A DNA stretch of 32,000 bases from Cereibacter sphaeroides 2.4.1 (GTDB taxonomy: Bacteria > Pseudomonadota > Alphaproteobacteria > Rhodobacterales > Rhodobacteraceae): contig NC_007494.2 of NCBI RefSeq assembly GCF_000012905.2, positions 210,001 through 242,000 on the forward strand, given 5' to 3'. The stretch's first letter is position 1; each line of letters opens with the position of its first letter. A model generated the notes under the pieces. It did no database searches, was not told the DNA's origin, and was given only the letters and a program-made list of their open reading frames with translations. A program made the position numbers and the translations under genes. Positions 9,628-18,731 of the stretch are shown one piece after another.

Positions 9628-9712
9628 GGCGGCCTCCCGGTGGCTTTGGCGGCCACCTAGCGGCCGAAGGCGCTGCGTCAAGAGGTCGCGCTCCCTCGGC
9701 GGAGCTTTCCGC

Positions 9713-10453
9713 TCAGCCGGCCTCGCGGCCCGTCCCGGCGGCAGGCGCGGTCTCGTCGCCGCCGACGACGCCCCGCAGCGCCTCGAGGGTGGCCCGGTAA
9801 TGTTCGGTCAGCAGCTCGCAGGCCAGATCCGTCTTGCGGTCGATGGCCGCTGCGAGAATGGCCGCATGTTCCGCAGCCGCGCCCTCGCGCCGCTGGACGT
9901 TGGGGTGGACCTTCATCGACAGGCTGCGGTAGCGCACCGCCTGATCCATCATGGTCGAGCAGAAGCCGAGCAGCCAGCTCGAGCCGCACCGCTCGAGGAG
10001 CAGCATGTGGAAGGCCTTGTGCAGATGCTCCCACTCCTCGGCCAGATCGCGCCCGGACGCGTCAGGCACCCGCCGATTGGTCCGTGCCAGCCGGTGATAG
10101 GCGAGCACGAGATTCTCCTCCCAGGCGACGTCGCCCTGCGCGATGGACTCGCGCAGGGCCAGGGTCTCGAGCCAGATCCGGGTCTTCACCAGCTCTTCGA
10201 GCCCCGCCATCGAGATGCCCGCCACGAAGAAGCCGCGCTGGCTCTTGCGCTCGACGAGCCCTTCCGAGGAGAGGCGGTTCAGCGCCTCGCGCACCGGGGC
10301 GATGCCGATGCCGTAGCGCTCCGAGATGCCCTCGATATGGAGCTTCACGCCGGGAAAGAGCTCGCCCCTCAGGATGTCGCGGCGGATCCGGTCGTGGGCC
10401 TGTTCCGACAGGTTCCGCGCTTCGGGCGGCGCCTTCTCCGCAGCACTCGTCAT
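9713..10453 (-). CDS. GntR-family (FadR/FCD-type) transcriptional regulator
   Basis: 246 aa starting at [67 protein letters not shown] (winged HTH), followed by a helical C-terminal domain. Its ATG shares 1 nt with the permease stop (TGATG at 10451-10455). Confidence 0.85.
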   Translation of the reverse strand: MTSAAEKAPPEARNLSEQAHDRIRRDILRGELFPGVKLHIEGISERYGIGIAPVREALNRLSSEGLVERKSQRGFFVAGISMAGLEELVKTRIWLETLALRESIAQGDVAWEENLVLAYHRLARTNRRVPDASGRDLAEEWEHLHKAFHMLLLERCGSSWLLGFCSTMMDQAVRYRSLSMKVHPNVQRREGAAAEHAAILAAAIDRKTDLACELLTEHYRATLEALRGVVGGDETAPAAGTGREAG

Positions 10454-11298
10454 CACGCAGCTCCGATGGGCTGATTCGCCTTGTTCCAGAAGACGAGACG
10501 CTTTTGCAGCCAGGCCACGGTGAAGAAAAGGGCCAGTCCGAGGAGGCTCAGATAGAGGATCAGCGCGAAGACGCGCGGCGTGTCCATCTGGCTGGCCGAC
10601 TGGCGGATGAGCGCGCCGAAGCCGCGCCCGCCGCCGAGGAACTCGCCCGTGATGGCGCCCGCCATCACCCCCACGGCCGCGATCTTCAGCCCGGTGAAGA
10701 TGTGCGGCAGCCCGTTCGGCAGCTTGAGCCGCAGCAGCGTCTGCAGCCGAGAGGCGCCCATCGCCTTGAACAGCATCCGCTCGTTCTCGGAAGCGGAATA
10801 GAGGCCTGCCGCCGTCGAAACCACGATGGGGAAGGTGGCGATGAAGGCCGCGAGCGCCACCTTCGAGGCGATGTCGAAGCCGAGCCACGCGATGAAGAGC
10901 GGCGCGAAGGCGACCTTCGGCATCGTGTCGATCGCCACGAGATAGGGCATGACCGCGCGCTCGCCGAACTTCGTCTCGCCGACGAGCACGCCCAGCGAGA
11001 AGCCGATGCCCGTGGCCAAGAGGAAGGCCCAGAACACCGTCCGCGTCGTCGTCCAGAGCGCCTCGAGCATGTACCCCCCCGAAAGGAGGTTCTTGCCCAC
11101 GAAGATCAGGTCGTCGAGCGTCTCGCCGGGGCTCGGCAGGATGATGGGCGAGACCCAGGCCATGCGCGCGGTGGCCAGATCCCAGATCGCCACCACGACG
11201 ACGGCGAGGGCGAGCATCGCCACCCAGCGCGGCACCCGGTCGATCAGCGCCTCATGCTCGACCCAGACGGTATCGCGGCTGTCGAGAGTGTCGGTCAT
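10453..11298 (-). CDS. ABC transporter permease (NitT/TauT family)
   Basis: 281-aa track ORF, polytopic, with an EAA-like loop (ASENERMLFKAMGASRLQTLLRLKLPNGLPHIF). An ATGA overlap joins it to the upstream ATPase stop (11295-11298). Confidence 0.9.
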   Translation of the reverse strand: MTDTLDSRDTVWVEHEALIDRVPRWVAMLALAVVVVAIWDLATARMAWVSPIILPSPGETLDDLIFVGKNLLSGGYMLEALWTTTRTVFWAFLLATGIGFSLGVLVGETKFGERAVMPYLVAIDTMPKVAFAPLFIAWLGFDIASKVALAAFIATFPIVVSTAAGLYSASENERMLFKAMGASRLQTLLRLKLPNGLPHIFTGLKIAAVGVMAGAITGEFLGGGRGFGALIRQSASQMDTPRVFALILYLSLLGLALFFTVAWLQKRLVFWNKANQPIGAA

Positions 11299-12110
11299 TG
11301 GTGGGCCTCCTTGCCGAGCAGGTCGCGGATGTGGCCGACGATCTGGCCGAACTTCGGCGTGTTGATCATCTCGAGCGTGCGGGGGCGGGGCAGGTCGATC
11401 ACGATTTCCTCGACCACCCGGCCCGGACGCGGCTTCATCACCAGCACCCGGTCGGACAGGATCACCGCCTCGGCGAGCGAGTGGGTCACGAGGAAGGCCG
11501 TGGCCTCCTGCTCGGCGCAGATCCGCTGCAGCTCCATGTTCATGAAGTCGCGCGTGAGCTCGTCGAGCGCCGAGAAGGGCTCGTCGAGCAGCAGGACCGC
11601 CGGCTCCGAGATCAGCATCCGGCAGATCGAGGCCCGCTGCGCCATGCCGCCGGACAGCTCGCCCGGGAAGACCCGGGCGAAATCGCCGAGACCCACCAGC
11701 GACAGCAGCGCCTGTGCGCGCGGCAGCGCGGCCTTCGCCGCCGCCCGCCCCTCGCGGATCTCGATGGGAAGCACGATGTTCTCGATCGTGGTCTTCCAGG
11801 GCAGGAGCGTTGCCTGCTGGAACATCATGCCGATATCGGGGCGCGGCCCCGTCACCGGCCTGCCGTCCAGCACGACGCGCCCCCGCGTGGGCGGCAGAAG
11901 CCCCGACATGATCTTCAGAAGCGTCGACTTTCCGCAGCCGGAGGAGCCGACGACCGAGACGAACTCGCCCTTGCGCAGGGTCAGATGCACGTCCTGCAGG
12001 GCGACCAGCCGGTTGTTGGCATAGGTCTTCGACAGGCGCTCGATCTCGTATATCGGCCGCGCGGGGGCGGCCGTCTCCGGGATCCGGGCACGGGGCTCTG
12101 CCATCGCCAT
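11295..12110 (-). CDS. ABC transporter ATP-binding protein (NitT/TauT family)
   Basis: 271-aa track ORF with Walker A GSSGCGKST, signature LSGGMAQR and Walker B LLLDEPFSALD. The start shares 1 nt with the SBP stop (TGATG at 12108-12112). Confidence 0.9.
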   Translation of the reverse strand: MAMAEPRARIPETAAPARPIYEIERLSKTYANNRLVALQDVHLTLRKGEFVSVVGSSGCGKSTLLKIMSGLLPPTRGRVVLDGRPVTGPRPDIGMMFQQATLLPWKTTIENIVLPIEIREGRAAAKAALPRAQALLSLVGLGDFARVFPGELSGGMAQRASICRMLISEPAVLLLDEPFSALDELTRDFMNMELQRICAEQEATAFLVTHSLAEAVILSDRVLVMKPRPGRVVEEIVIDLPRPRTLEMINTPKFGQIVGHIRDLLGKEAHQ

Positions 12111-13141
12111 CAGCTGTTCCAGCCTTCGACGAACTCGTTGGTATAGACCGAGGCCAGATCCTCGATCGGCTCGGAGAGGGCGCCCGAAGCCACGGCGGAA
12201 TCGTGGATCGCCTGCCAGTGCTCGGGCGGCTGGTAGCCGTAGCCCTTGCCGATGAAGGCCTCGGTCGGGGTCATGCGGTTGACCACGCCGTCATAGAGCG
12301 AGGCCGCGTAATCCTGCTCGCCCTCCTGCGGGTTGCCGGCCGCGCAATGGGCCAGTGCCTTCTCCTTGTTGGCCGGATCCGAGGCAAAGCGCGTGCCGCG
12401 CACCAGCGCCCGGCCGAAAGCGGGGGCAAGCTCGGGCATGGCCTGCATCTGGCTTTCCAGCATGGCGATGCCGTTGCCGAAGAAGCCGAGGAAGGCCTCG
12501 GGCGTGATCTCGCGCAGCGTGAGGCCGCGCGCGGCAAGGATCGCCGCATCCGAGACCGCGCCCGCATAGGCCGCCACCTCGTCGCGCAGGAAGGCCACCG
12601 CCGCCGTGCCGCCGTCGCCCACCGGCAGGAAGCTGTAATCGGCCCCCTCGGTCATGCCCGCCTCGGTCAGGATGGCGCGGGTGAAGGAGACCTCGGCCCC
12701 GTCCGCGGTGCCCACGCCGATGACCTGGCCCTTGAGGTCGGCCGGGGTCTGATAGGCGCTGTCCTCCTTCACGAGGAGGCCGAAGACCGACTTCGGATAG
12801 AGGTTGTAGAGGAACTTGACGTCCACCCCGCGCGCGCGCGCGCCGAGCGTCGGGCCCGGTCCCGGCGCGCCGATCTGTGCCTGTCCCGCCGACATGGCCT
12901 GAAGCACGGCCGAAGAGCCGTCGATGGCCTCGAGCCGGGGCTCGAAGCCTTCTTCGGCGAAGTAGCCTTCGCCCACCGCCACCCAGTAGGGCAGCCAGGT
13001 CAGGGCGGAGGGATTGGGGACGGCGAAATTCACCGCCGTCTGGGCGCGGATCAGGCTCGGCGCCCCGATGGCAAGGCTCGCGACGCTTCCGGCGGTCAGA
13101 AGGCCGAAGCTGCGACGGCTCAGTCTGGTCGTGCTGGTCAT
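12110..13141 (-). CDS. ABC substrate-binding protein (NMT1/THI5- or SsuA-like), Tat/Sec-exported
   Basis: 343 aa starting at MTSTTRLSRRSFGLLTAGSVASLAIGAPSLIRAQ. SD GGGAGGAA is 7 nt upstream of ATG 13141. The track ORF 12110..13225 is extended by 28 aa. Confidence 0.85.
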   Translation of the reverse strand: MTSTTRLSRRSFGLLTAGSVASLAIGAPSLIRAQTAVNFAVPNPSALTWLPYWVAVGEGYFAEEGFEPRLEAIDGSSAVLQAMSAGQAQIGAPGPGPTLGARARGVDVKFLYNLYPKSVFGLLVKEDSAYQTPADLKGQVIGVGTADGAEVSFTRAILTEAGMTEGADYSFLPVGDGGTAAVAFLRDEVAAYAGAVSDAAILAARGLTLREITPEAFLGFFGNGIAMLESQMQAMPELAPAFGRALVRGTRFASDPANKEKALAHCAAGNPQEGEQDYAASLYDGVVNRMTPTEAFIGKGYGYQPPEHWQAIHDSAVASGALSEPIEDLASVYTNEFVEGWNS

Positions 13142-13202
13142 CTTGTTGTTCCTCCCGTTGTCGGACGTTCCGCCCCGACGAGGGGCGCTCCCTCCGCGAC
13201 TC

Positions 13203-13230
13203 AGCGTATACCATTCGAGCCACAATTCAA
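13203..13230 (-). promoter_or_regulatory. Candidate sigma70-like promoter for the ABC/GntR operon
   Basis: On the minus strand: TTGAAT (13230-13225), 16 nt, TACGCT (13208-13203). It sits in the only AT-rich stretch of the 221-bp divergent spacer. Sequence match only. Confidence 0.25.
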
Positions 13231-13362
13231 AAAAATATACGAAACGGAAGATCAGGCGTTTTCATATCTTGATCTGCCGCCCGATACCGGGAACGCTTTG
13301 TCATCACGAGTCGCGGCCGGGAGGGCTGCGGCCCGCACGCGACTGTTCAGGAGGAGTGACAG

Positions 13363-14061
13363 ATGGCGGCCTACGTCCTACCCACCGCGGCGCAAGCCCA
13401 CCTCGATGTCGTCGGCAGCGACGAGAAATTCCCGGTGCGCCGCGTCTATTGCATCGGCAAGAACTACGTCGCCCACATCCGCGAGATGAATGCGGACGAG
13501 CGCGACCCGCCGGTGATCTTCATGAAGCCTGCGGATGCGGTGGTGCGCAACGGCGGCGAGATCCCCTATCCGGTCTTCACCGAGAACTTCCATTACGAAT
13601 GCGAGCTCGTGGTGGTGCTGAAGTCGGGCGGCTACAACATCTCGGTCGCCGATGCCGCCAGCCACATCTACGGCTATGCCGTGGGCCTCGACATGACGCG
13701 GCGCGACCATCAGAAGGGCGTGCTGGAAAAAGGCCTGCCGTGGGAGGTCACGAAGGCCTTCGACCTCTCGGCCCCGATCGGCCCCGTCACCCGCGCCGAG
13801 GAGTGCGGGGTGCTGACCTCGGGCCAGCTCACGCTGAAGGTGAACGGGGAGGTCAAGCAGGATGCCGACATCGGGCTGATGATCTGGAAGGTCGACGAGA
13901 TCATTGCCAAGCTCTCCGAGCAGCACCGCCTTCAGCCGGGCGACATCATCATGACCGGCACGCCCGCGGGCGTGGGCGCGGTGGTGACCGGAGACGTGCT
14001 CGACTGCACGATGGAGGGGCTCGAGCCGATGCAGGTCCGCATCGGGCCGAAGGCCGTCTGA
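13363..14061 (+). CDS. Fumarylacetoacetate hydrolase (FAH) family protein (FAHD1/YcgM-like acylpyruvase or oxaloacetate decarboxylase type)
   Basis: 232-aa track ORF. SD AGGAGGAG precedes the ATG. Motifs include CIGKNYVAHIREM, FHYECELVVVL and PGDIIMTGTPAGVG. Confidence 0.9.
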   Translation: MAAYVLPTAAQAHLDVVGSDEKFPVRRVYCIGKNYVAHIREMNADERDPPVIFMKPADAVVRNGGEIPYPVFTENFHYECELVVVLKSGGYNISVADAASHIYGYAVGLDMTRRDHQKGVLEKGLPWEVTKAFDLSAPIGPVTRAEECGVLTSGQLTLKVNGEVKQDADIGLMIWKVDEIIAKLSEQHRLQPGDIIMTGTPAGVGAVVTGDVLDCTMEGLEPMQVRIGPKAV

Positions 14062-14066
14062 CAGCC

Positions 14067-14678
14067 GTGGTGCGCGCGGCCGATCTCCTCGCGCTCGGCA
14101 CGGCGACGCTCGGCGAGGCCTGGCCCGGCGCGCGTCTGCCGGGCCTGCCGCTCCGCCCGCTCGCGCCGGGCATGGCGCTGGCGGGGCCGGCCTTCACGGT
14201 CCGCTGCCGGGCGGGCGACAATCTCGCGCTCCACCGCGCGCTTGCGGTGGCGCGGCCGGGCGAGGTGCTGGTGGTCGATTACGAAGCCAGCCTCGACAGC
14301 GGTCCCTTCGGCGAGATCATGGCGCTCGCGGCCATGGCGCGGGGTCTCGCGGGCCTTGTGATCGACGGAGCGGTGCGGGACAGTGCCCAGATCGCGGATC
14401 TGGGCTTTCCGGTCTTCGCCCGCGGGCTCGACATCCGCGGCACGACCAAGACCGACCGGGGCCAGCTGGGCGCGGTCTTGAGGTTCGGGCGGGCCTCTGT
14501 CGGGCCCGGCGACATGGTGGTGGCGGATGCGGATGCCGTGTTGATCCTGCCGCGCGACGAGGCCGGGGCGGCGCTGGCCGCGGGCCGCGCGCGGGCCGGC
14601 CGCGAGGAAGAGATGAAGCGCCGGATCGCCGCGGGCGAGACGACGCTCGCGATACTCGGACTGATGAAGGAGGCTTGA
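14067..14678 (+). CDS. RraA-family protein / 4-hydroxy-4-methyl-2-oxoglutarate (HMG/CHA) aldolase-like
   Basis: This is the tail of track ORF 13014..14678: VVRAADLLALGTATLGEAW...GEVLVVDYEASLDSGPFGEIMALAAMARGLAGLVIDGAVRD...FARGLDIRGTTK. I propose a GTG start at 14067 (or 14070), 6 nt after the FAH stop. The start codon is uncertain. Confidence 0.8.
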   Translation: MVRAADLLALGTATLGEAWPGARLPGLPLRPLAPGMALAGPAFTVRCRAGDNLALHRALAVARPGEVLVVDYEASLDSGPFGEIMALAAMARGLAGLVIDGAVRDSAQIADLGFPVFARGLDIRGTTKTDRGQLGAVLRFGRASVGPGDMVVADADAVLILPRDEAGAALAAGRARAGREEEMKRRIAAGETTLAILGLMKEA

Positions 14679-15545
14679 ATGAGCGACACCGTGGTGGGCA
14701 TTGCCGGAACCGGGCGCATGGGCACGGCCTTCGCCCGCCGCCTCCGCGAGACGGGGACCCCGGTCCGGGTCTGGAACCGCAGTTCCGACCGGACGGGCGC
14801 CGCGGTCGATGCCGGCGCCGAGGCCGTGGCGCTCGAAGCGCTGGCCGAGGCCGATCTCGTTCTTCTGTCGCTGACCGATGCCGCCGCAGCCGAGGCGGTG
14901 CTGGCGGGCATGGGCGCGGCGCTGGCGGGCCGCATCGTGGTCGAGATGTCGACGCTCCTGCCCGATCAGGCCGAGGCGCTCGAGGCGCAGGCCACGGCGC
15001 TCGGGGCGCAGTTCCTCCATTGCCCGGTGGGCGGCACCGTGGCCCCCGCGCTGAAGGGCCAGCTTCTGGGCTTCGCGGGCGGGCCGGCCGAGACCCTCGA
15101 ACAGGCCCGGCCGGTGCTCGAACGGCTCTGCCGTCGCGTCGAGCATCTGGGGTCCGTCGGGGCCGCGGCCCGGATGAAGCTCGCCGTGAACCTGCCGCTC
15201 GCGCTCTACTGGCAGACGCTGGGCGAGAGCCTCCTCCTCCTGCGCGGGGCGGGCATTCCGGCCGAGCAGGCGATCGGCCTGATGGCCGAAAGCTCGGGCG
15301 GTCCCGCGGTGCTGAAGAACCGCGCGCAGGTGGTGGTGGAGACCCTGGAAGGGGCCGATCAGCGCGGCACCTTCGACATCGCGGGCCTCGCCAAGGATCT
15401 GCATCTGGCTCTGGCCCTTGCCGAGCGCGAGGGGGCGGCGCTGCCGCTCTCCGCCGCCGCCGAGGAGCGTTATCGGGCGGCGCTGGAGGCGGGCCTCGGC
15501 CGGTTCGACGGCGCAAGCCTCGCGCGGCGGACGGCCGAAGGCTGA
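14679..15545 (+). CDS. NAD(P)-dependent oxidoreductase, 3-hydroxyisobutyrate/tartronate-semialdehyde reductase (HIBADH) family
   Basis: 288-aa track ORF with a Rossmann motif (GIAGTGRMG) and a conserved Lys region (GAAARMKLAVNL). The ATG immediately follows the previous stop. Confidence 0.85.
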   Translation: MSDTVVGIAGTGRMGTAFARRLRETGTPVRVWNRSSDRTGAAVDAGAEAVALEALAEADLVLLSLTDAAAAEAVLAGMGAALAGRIVVEMSTLLPDQAEALEAQATALGAQFLHCPVGGTVAPALKGQLLGFAGGPAETLEQARPVLERLCRRVEHLGSVGAAARMKLAVNLPLALYWQTLGESLLLLRGAGIPAEQAIGLMAESSGGPAVLKNRAQVVVETLEGADQRGTFDIAGLAKDLHLALALAEREGAALPLSAAAEERYRAALEAGLGRFDGASLARRTAEG

Positions 15546-16378
15546 TGGAGCTCCTTTCCTCGGGCACGATCTTCGCGCTCATCGCGGCGCTGGCCGCGGC
15601 GGGTGCGGTGACGGGGTTCCTCGCGGGCCTGTTCGGGATCGGCGGCGGCGCGATCTCGGTTCCCGTCTTCTTCGAGGTCTTCCGGCTGCTCGGCCACGAT
15701 CCCGAAGTGGCGATGCCGCTCGCCGTGGGCACCTCGCTTGCGGTGATCGTGCCGACCTCGCTCGTCTCGGCCTACGGGCACCTGCAGCGCGGCACGGTCG
15801 ACAAGGATCTGCTGAAGGTCTGGGCGCTGCCGATCCTCATCGGCGTGGCGCTCGGCTCGGCGCTGGCCAGCGTCGCGCCACCGCGGCTCTTTCAGGGCGT
15901 CTTCGTCTGCGTGGCGCTGCTCATCGCGACGAAGCTCCTGACCGGGGGCAAGTGGCGGCTGTCCGAGGGCCTGCCGCGCCGCGCGATCCTGCGCCTTTAC
16001 GGCGCGGTGGTGGGGCTCGTCTCGGCGCTGATGGGCATCGGCGGCGGCGCGGTCTCGAACCTGATCCTCACGCTCCATGGCGTGCCGATCCACCGTGCCG
16101 TCTCGACCGCGGCCGGCGTGGGCGTGCTGATCGCCGTCCCCGGCACGATAGGCTACATGATCGCGGGCTGGGGCCGGCCCGACCTGCCGCCCGACGCGCT
16201 GGGGTTCGTCTCGGTGGCGACCTTCCTCCTGACGATCCCGACCTCGATCCTGACCACGCGCTTCGGCGTGGCGCTGGCGCACCGGCTGTCGAAGGAATGG
16301 CTAGCGCGCAGCTTCGGCTGCTTCCTGCTCCTTGTCTGCGCGCGGTTCCTCGTGGCGATGATCGCGGGGGACGGGTGA
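15545..16378 (+). CDS. TauE/SafE-family anion (sulfite/organosulfonate) exporter
   Basis: 277 aa starting at MELLSSGTIFALIAALAAAGAVTGFLAGLFGIGGGAISVP. The family-typical duplicated GIGGG motif appears a second time as MGIGGGAVSN. The start shares 1 nt with the upstream stop (TGATG). Confidence 0.85.
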   Translation: MELLSSGTIFALIAALAAAGAVTGFLAGLFGIGGGAISVPVFFEVFRLLGHDPEVAMPLAVGTSLAVIVPTSLVSAYGHLQRGTVDKDLLKVWALPILIGVALGSALASVAPPRLFQGVFVCVALLIATKLLTGGKWRLSEGLPRRAILRLYGAVVGLVSALMGIGGGAVSNLILTLHGVPIHRAVSTAAGVGVLIAVPGTIGYMIAGWGRPDLPPDALGFVSVATFLLTIPTSILTTRFGVALAHRLSKEWLARSFGCFLLLVCARFLVAMIAGDG

Positions 16379-16400
16379 GGGGACCCGCCCCCGGCGCGCG

Positions 16401-17900
16401 TTACAGATCCTCGCGCGGGACGACCGCGCCCGCCGTCTCGCCGGGGCGCAGGCGGGTGAACCGGCCGCCGCCGAGATAGGCCCAGCTCACCCCCTCGGAG
16501 GTGGCGAGATAGCCCTCGGCCGCGGCCATCTCGGGCTGCGGATGGCGCGGCAGCACCACGAGCTTCATCAGCGCGAGATAAAGGAGGGCGCCCAGCGGGA
16601 AGCCCACGAAGACGGAATAGTCCGACCACCAGGCTGCCGCCGCCCCCGCGACGATCCAGGCCACGAGGCCCGCGGGATTGAAGCCGCCCGCGTAGCGGTA
16701 CTGGCCCTGCGGATCGTAGAGGGCAGGCACGTTCACCCGCCGGCCGCGCAGCACATAGTAATCCGCCACCATGATCCCGCCGATGGAAAGCAGGAAGGCG
16801 CCGCAGTAGCCGAGGAAGGTGAAGAGGTTGTTCAGGATCTCCCACGGGAAGCAGAGCGTGCCCACGACCCCCGCCAGCGCTACGCCGATGCGGTAATCGA
16901 TCCGGCGCGGCGCGAGGTTGACGAAGGTCAGTGCGGCCGGGATCAGGTTGGCCGAGTTGTTCGTCGACCATTGCGCCAGCACGACGAGGAGGAGAAGCGT
17001 GAGGAGCGAGAGGCCCTGCGCATCCCCCTGGATCACCTCGATCGGGTTCCAGTTGCCGGTGGCGATGAACGAGACCCCGCCGATGCCCGCGACCAGCGCC
17101 TGAGTGACGGGCAGCGCCACGAGCTGGCCCAGGAACACCGCGCGGTTGCGGCTGAGGAAGCCGCGCGCGCCGGGCTTCACCGCGATGAAGCGGGTCAGGT
17201 TCGGAATGTCGATGGCCATGGTCGACCAGAAGCCGAGGTTGGCGATGAAGAGCGCGAGCAGCGACATCTGCCCCTCGGCGCGGAAGGTCCAGATGTTGAG
17301 CCCCTTGGTCTCGGCGATCCCCTCGAGGCTGAAATACATCCAGACCGAGATGGCGATGATCGCGGGCGCGGCCAGCGCCGCCAGCCGCTCGACCGAGCGG
17401 ATGCCCGCCATGGTGCTCGCGATCTGGAGGAGGCCGAAGAGGAGATACCAGACGAACCAGTTCGAGACGCCGAGGACATATTCGCCGATCCCGTTCAGGG
17501 CCAGCGCACCGAGATAGGTCTGGATGCCGAACCACATCGCCGCCACCAGCCCGCGCGAGAGCGAGGGCAGGTGGGTGCCGTGGATGCCGAAGGGCGCCCG
17601 CAGATAGACCGCGAAGGGCACGCCATGCTCGGTGCCGATGTCGGCCGTGAGCAGCATGAAGGCGCCGATGGTGAGGTTGGCCGCAAAGATGGTGAGGATC
17701 ACCGTGGCAAGCGGCACGCCTCCGCCCACGCCCGCGGCGCCCAGCGAGTAGGTGGCGATGATGACGGCGATGCCGACCCAGATCCAGCCATAGCCGATCA
17801 TCCCGATGGGACGCTGGTTGAGGTGGGTGGGCAGGATCGATTCCTCGATCAGGGCCGAGCGGTCGTGCTCGGCGCGTCGCAGCTGGTCGGCCAGTGTCAT
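16401..17900 (-). CDS. NCS1-family nucleobase/hydantoin/allantoin-type cation symporter
   Basis: 499-aa track ORF, 12-TM-like, with motifs such as GMIGYGWIWVG, FGIHGTHLPSLSRGLVAAMWFGIQTY and QWSTNNSANLIP. SD GGGGAGAAAAA precedes the ATG. Confidence 0.9.
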   Translation of the reverse strand: MTLADQLRRAEHDRSALIEESILPTHLNQRPIGMIGYGWIWVGIAVIIATYSLGAAGVGGGVPLATVILTIFAANLTIGAFMLLTADIGTEHGVPFAVYLRAPFGIHGTHLPSLSRGLVAAMWFGIQTYLGALALNGIGEYVLGVSNWFVWYLLFGLLQIASTMAGIRSVERLAALAAPAIIAISVWMYFSLEGIAETKGLNIWTFRAEGQMSLLALFIANLGFWSTMAIDIPNLTRFIAVKPGARGFLSRNRAVFLGQLVALPVTQALVAGIGGVSFIATGNWNPIEVIQGDAQGLSLLTLLLLVVLAQWSTNNSANLIPAALTFVNLAPRRIDYRIGVALAGVVGTLCFPWEILNNLFTFLGYCGAFLLSIGGIMVADYYVLRGRRVNVPALYDPQGQYRYAGGFNPAGLVAWIVAGAAAAWWSDYSVFVGFPLGALLYLALMKLVVLPRHPQPEMAAAEGYLATSEGVSWAYLGGGRFTRLRPGETAGAVVPREDL

Positions 17901-18132
17901 TTTTTCTCCCCGTTGGACGGCCGGCGGGCCGGTCCGCCGCCTGTCGGGAAGGAACCGGGCGCCGCCGCGCGGCTCTGCGCATCGGGGTCCGGCGCGCGGC
18001 CCCCGGCGCGCATGTCTCGCGTCCGGCGCCGGAGGTCAAGCGCCTCCGGTGCCGCGTGCCGTGGCCTGATGAGGCCGGGCTCGGCAGAGGCCGGAGCCTC
18101 TGCGCGAAAGCCGCCGGGCGTGCGGCGGCCCG

Positions 18133-18558
18133 TCAGCCGCTCGGCATCCTGCCTGCGGCCGAGGCGGCTTCCGCATCCATCCAGAAGATCTCGAACACAT
18201 GGCCGTCCGGATCGTGCAGGGTGCGCAGATACATCCAGCCGTGGTCGTCCGCGGGCTTGGGCTCTGTCGCCCCCGCCCCGAGCGCCGCATTCAGAAGATC
18301 GTCCACCGCGTCGCGGCTGTCGCGCGACAGGGCGAGCAGCACCGAGGTCGCGGTGCGCGGATCGGCGCGCGGCAGGGTGGCGAACTGATCGAACCGGGCA
18401 TGGGTGAGCAGCATGAGCCGGATCGAGCCGGAAATGGCGATGCAGGCGGCCGTCTCGTCGGTGAAGGCCTCCTCGAGCTGGAAGCCGAGCGACAGATAGA
18501 AGGCTATGGACCGATCGAGGTCCGCGACGGGCAGGTTGACATAGATCGACTGGGGCAT
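18133..18558 (-). CDS. VOC (glyoxalase/bleomycin-resistance/dioxygenase) family protein
   Basis: 141 aa starting at MPQSIYVNLPVADLDRSIAFYLSLGF and ending ...HGWMYLRTLHDPDGHVFEIFWMD. SD GGGAG precedes ATG 18558. Confidence 0.8.
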   Translation of the reverse strand: MPQSIYVNLPVADLDRSIAFYLSLGFQLEEAFTDETAACIAISGSIRLMLLTHARFDQFATLPRADPRTATSVLLALSRDSRDAVDDLLNAALGAGATEPKPADDHGWMYLRTLHDPDGHVFEIFWMDAEAASAAGRMPSG

Positions 18559-18665
18559 GGGGCTCCCTCGCTGTCCGATGGTGCGGCCGGGCCGCATGGA
18601 CAGGAAACGGAGCGACGGGGCCCGCCGTTCCCTCCGCCGCTGCGCGAGAGGCGCGGGACAGGACT

Positions 18666-18690
18666 GAACGGGCCGCCGTCAGGCCCGTTC
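18666..18690 (-). terminator. 9-bp GC-rich hairpin downstream of fabI (possible terminator, no U-tract)
   Basis: GAACGGGCC (18666-18674) pairs with GGCCCGTTC (18682-18690) around a 7-nt loop. It lies 42 nt downstream of the fabI stop. Confidence 0.35.
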
Positions 18691-18731
18691 CTCAGGATCC
18701 CGGACGCGCCGTCTCCGGCGCATCCCCGTCG

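Noticed and set aside
5746-9660. A 1304-aa plus-strand ORF. The same applies to the other long ORFs: 2542..4737 +, 10084..12024 +, 12203..13489 +, 13932..15404 -, 14317..15732 -, 14675..16378 + (N-terminal part), 16153..18039 -, 16542..18407 +, 19447..20817 +, 21866..22771 -, 22267..23493 +, 24238..25422 +, 25065..26516 +, 27138..29180 + and 29717..30553 +.
   Set aside because: These are antisense or off-frame to well-supported genes (IorAB, cytochrome, ABC genes, NCS1, fabB, ACAD, thiolase, cobB and others). They are open only because stop codons are rare at this GC content, and their translations are low-complexity. The exception is the 5880-6300 portion of the 5746 frame, which is discussed as a finding.
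13249-13275. An inverted repeat AGATCA-N15-TGATCT in the divergent spacer, considered as a GntR operator.
   Set aside because: It has only 6-bp arms with a long spacer and does not resemble the compact FadR-type t.GT-N-AC.a palindromes. It could arise by chance, so I keep it only as a place to start EMSA or footprinting.
17901-18132. A possible riboswitch (TPP, purine or guanidine type) in the 232-nt leader of the NCS1 permease, and the hairpin CCGGAGG-N7-CCTCCGG at 18029-18049.
   Set aside because: I could not find any conserved riboswitch core (for example CTGAGA ... ACCTGATCTGGATAATGCCAGCG). The hairpin is short, lacks a U-tract and may simply end the upstream VOC transcript.
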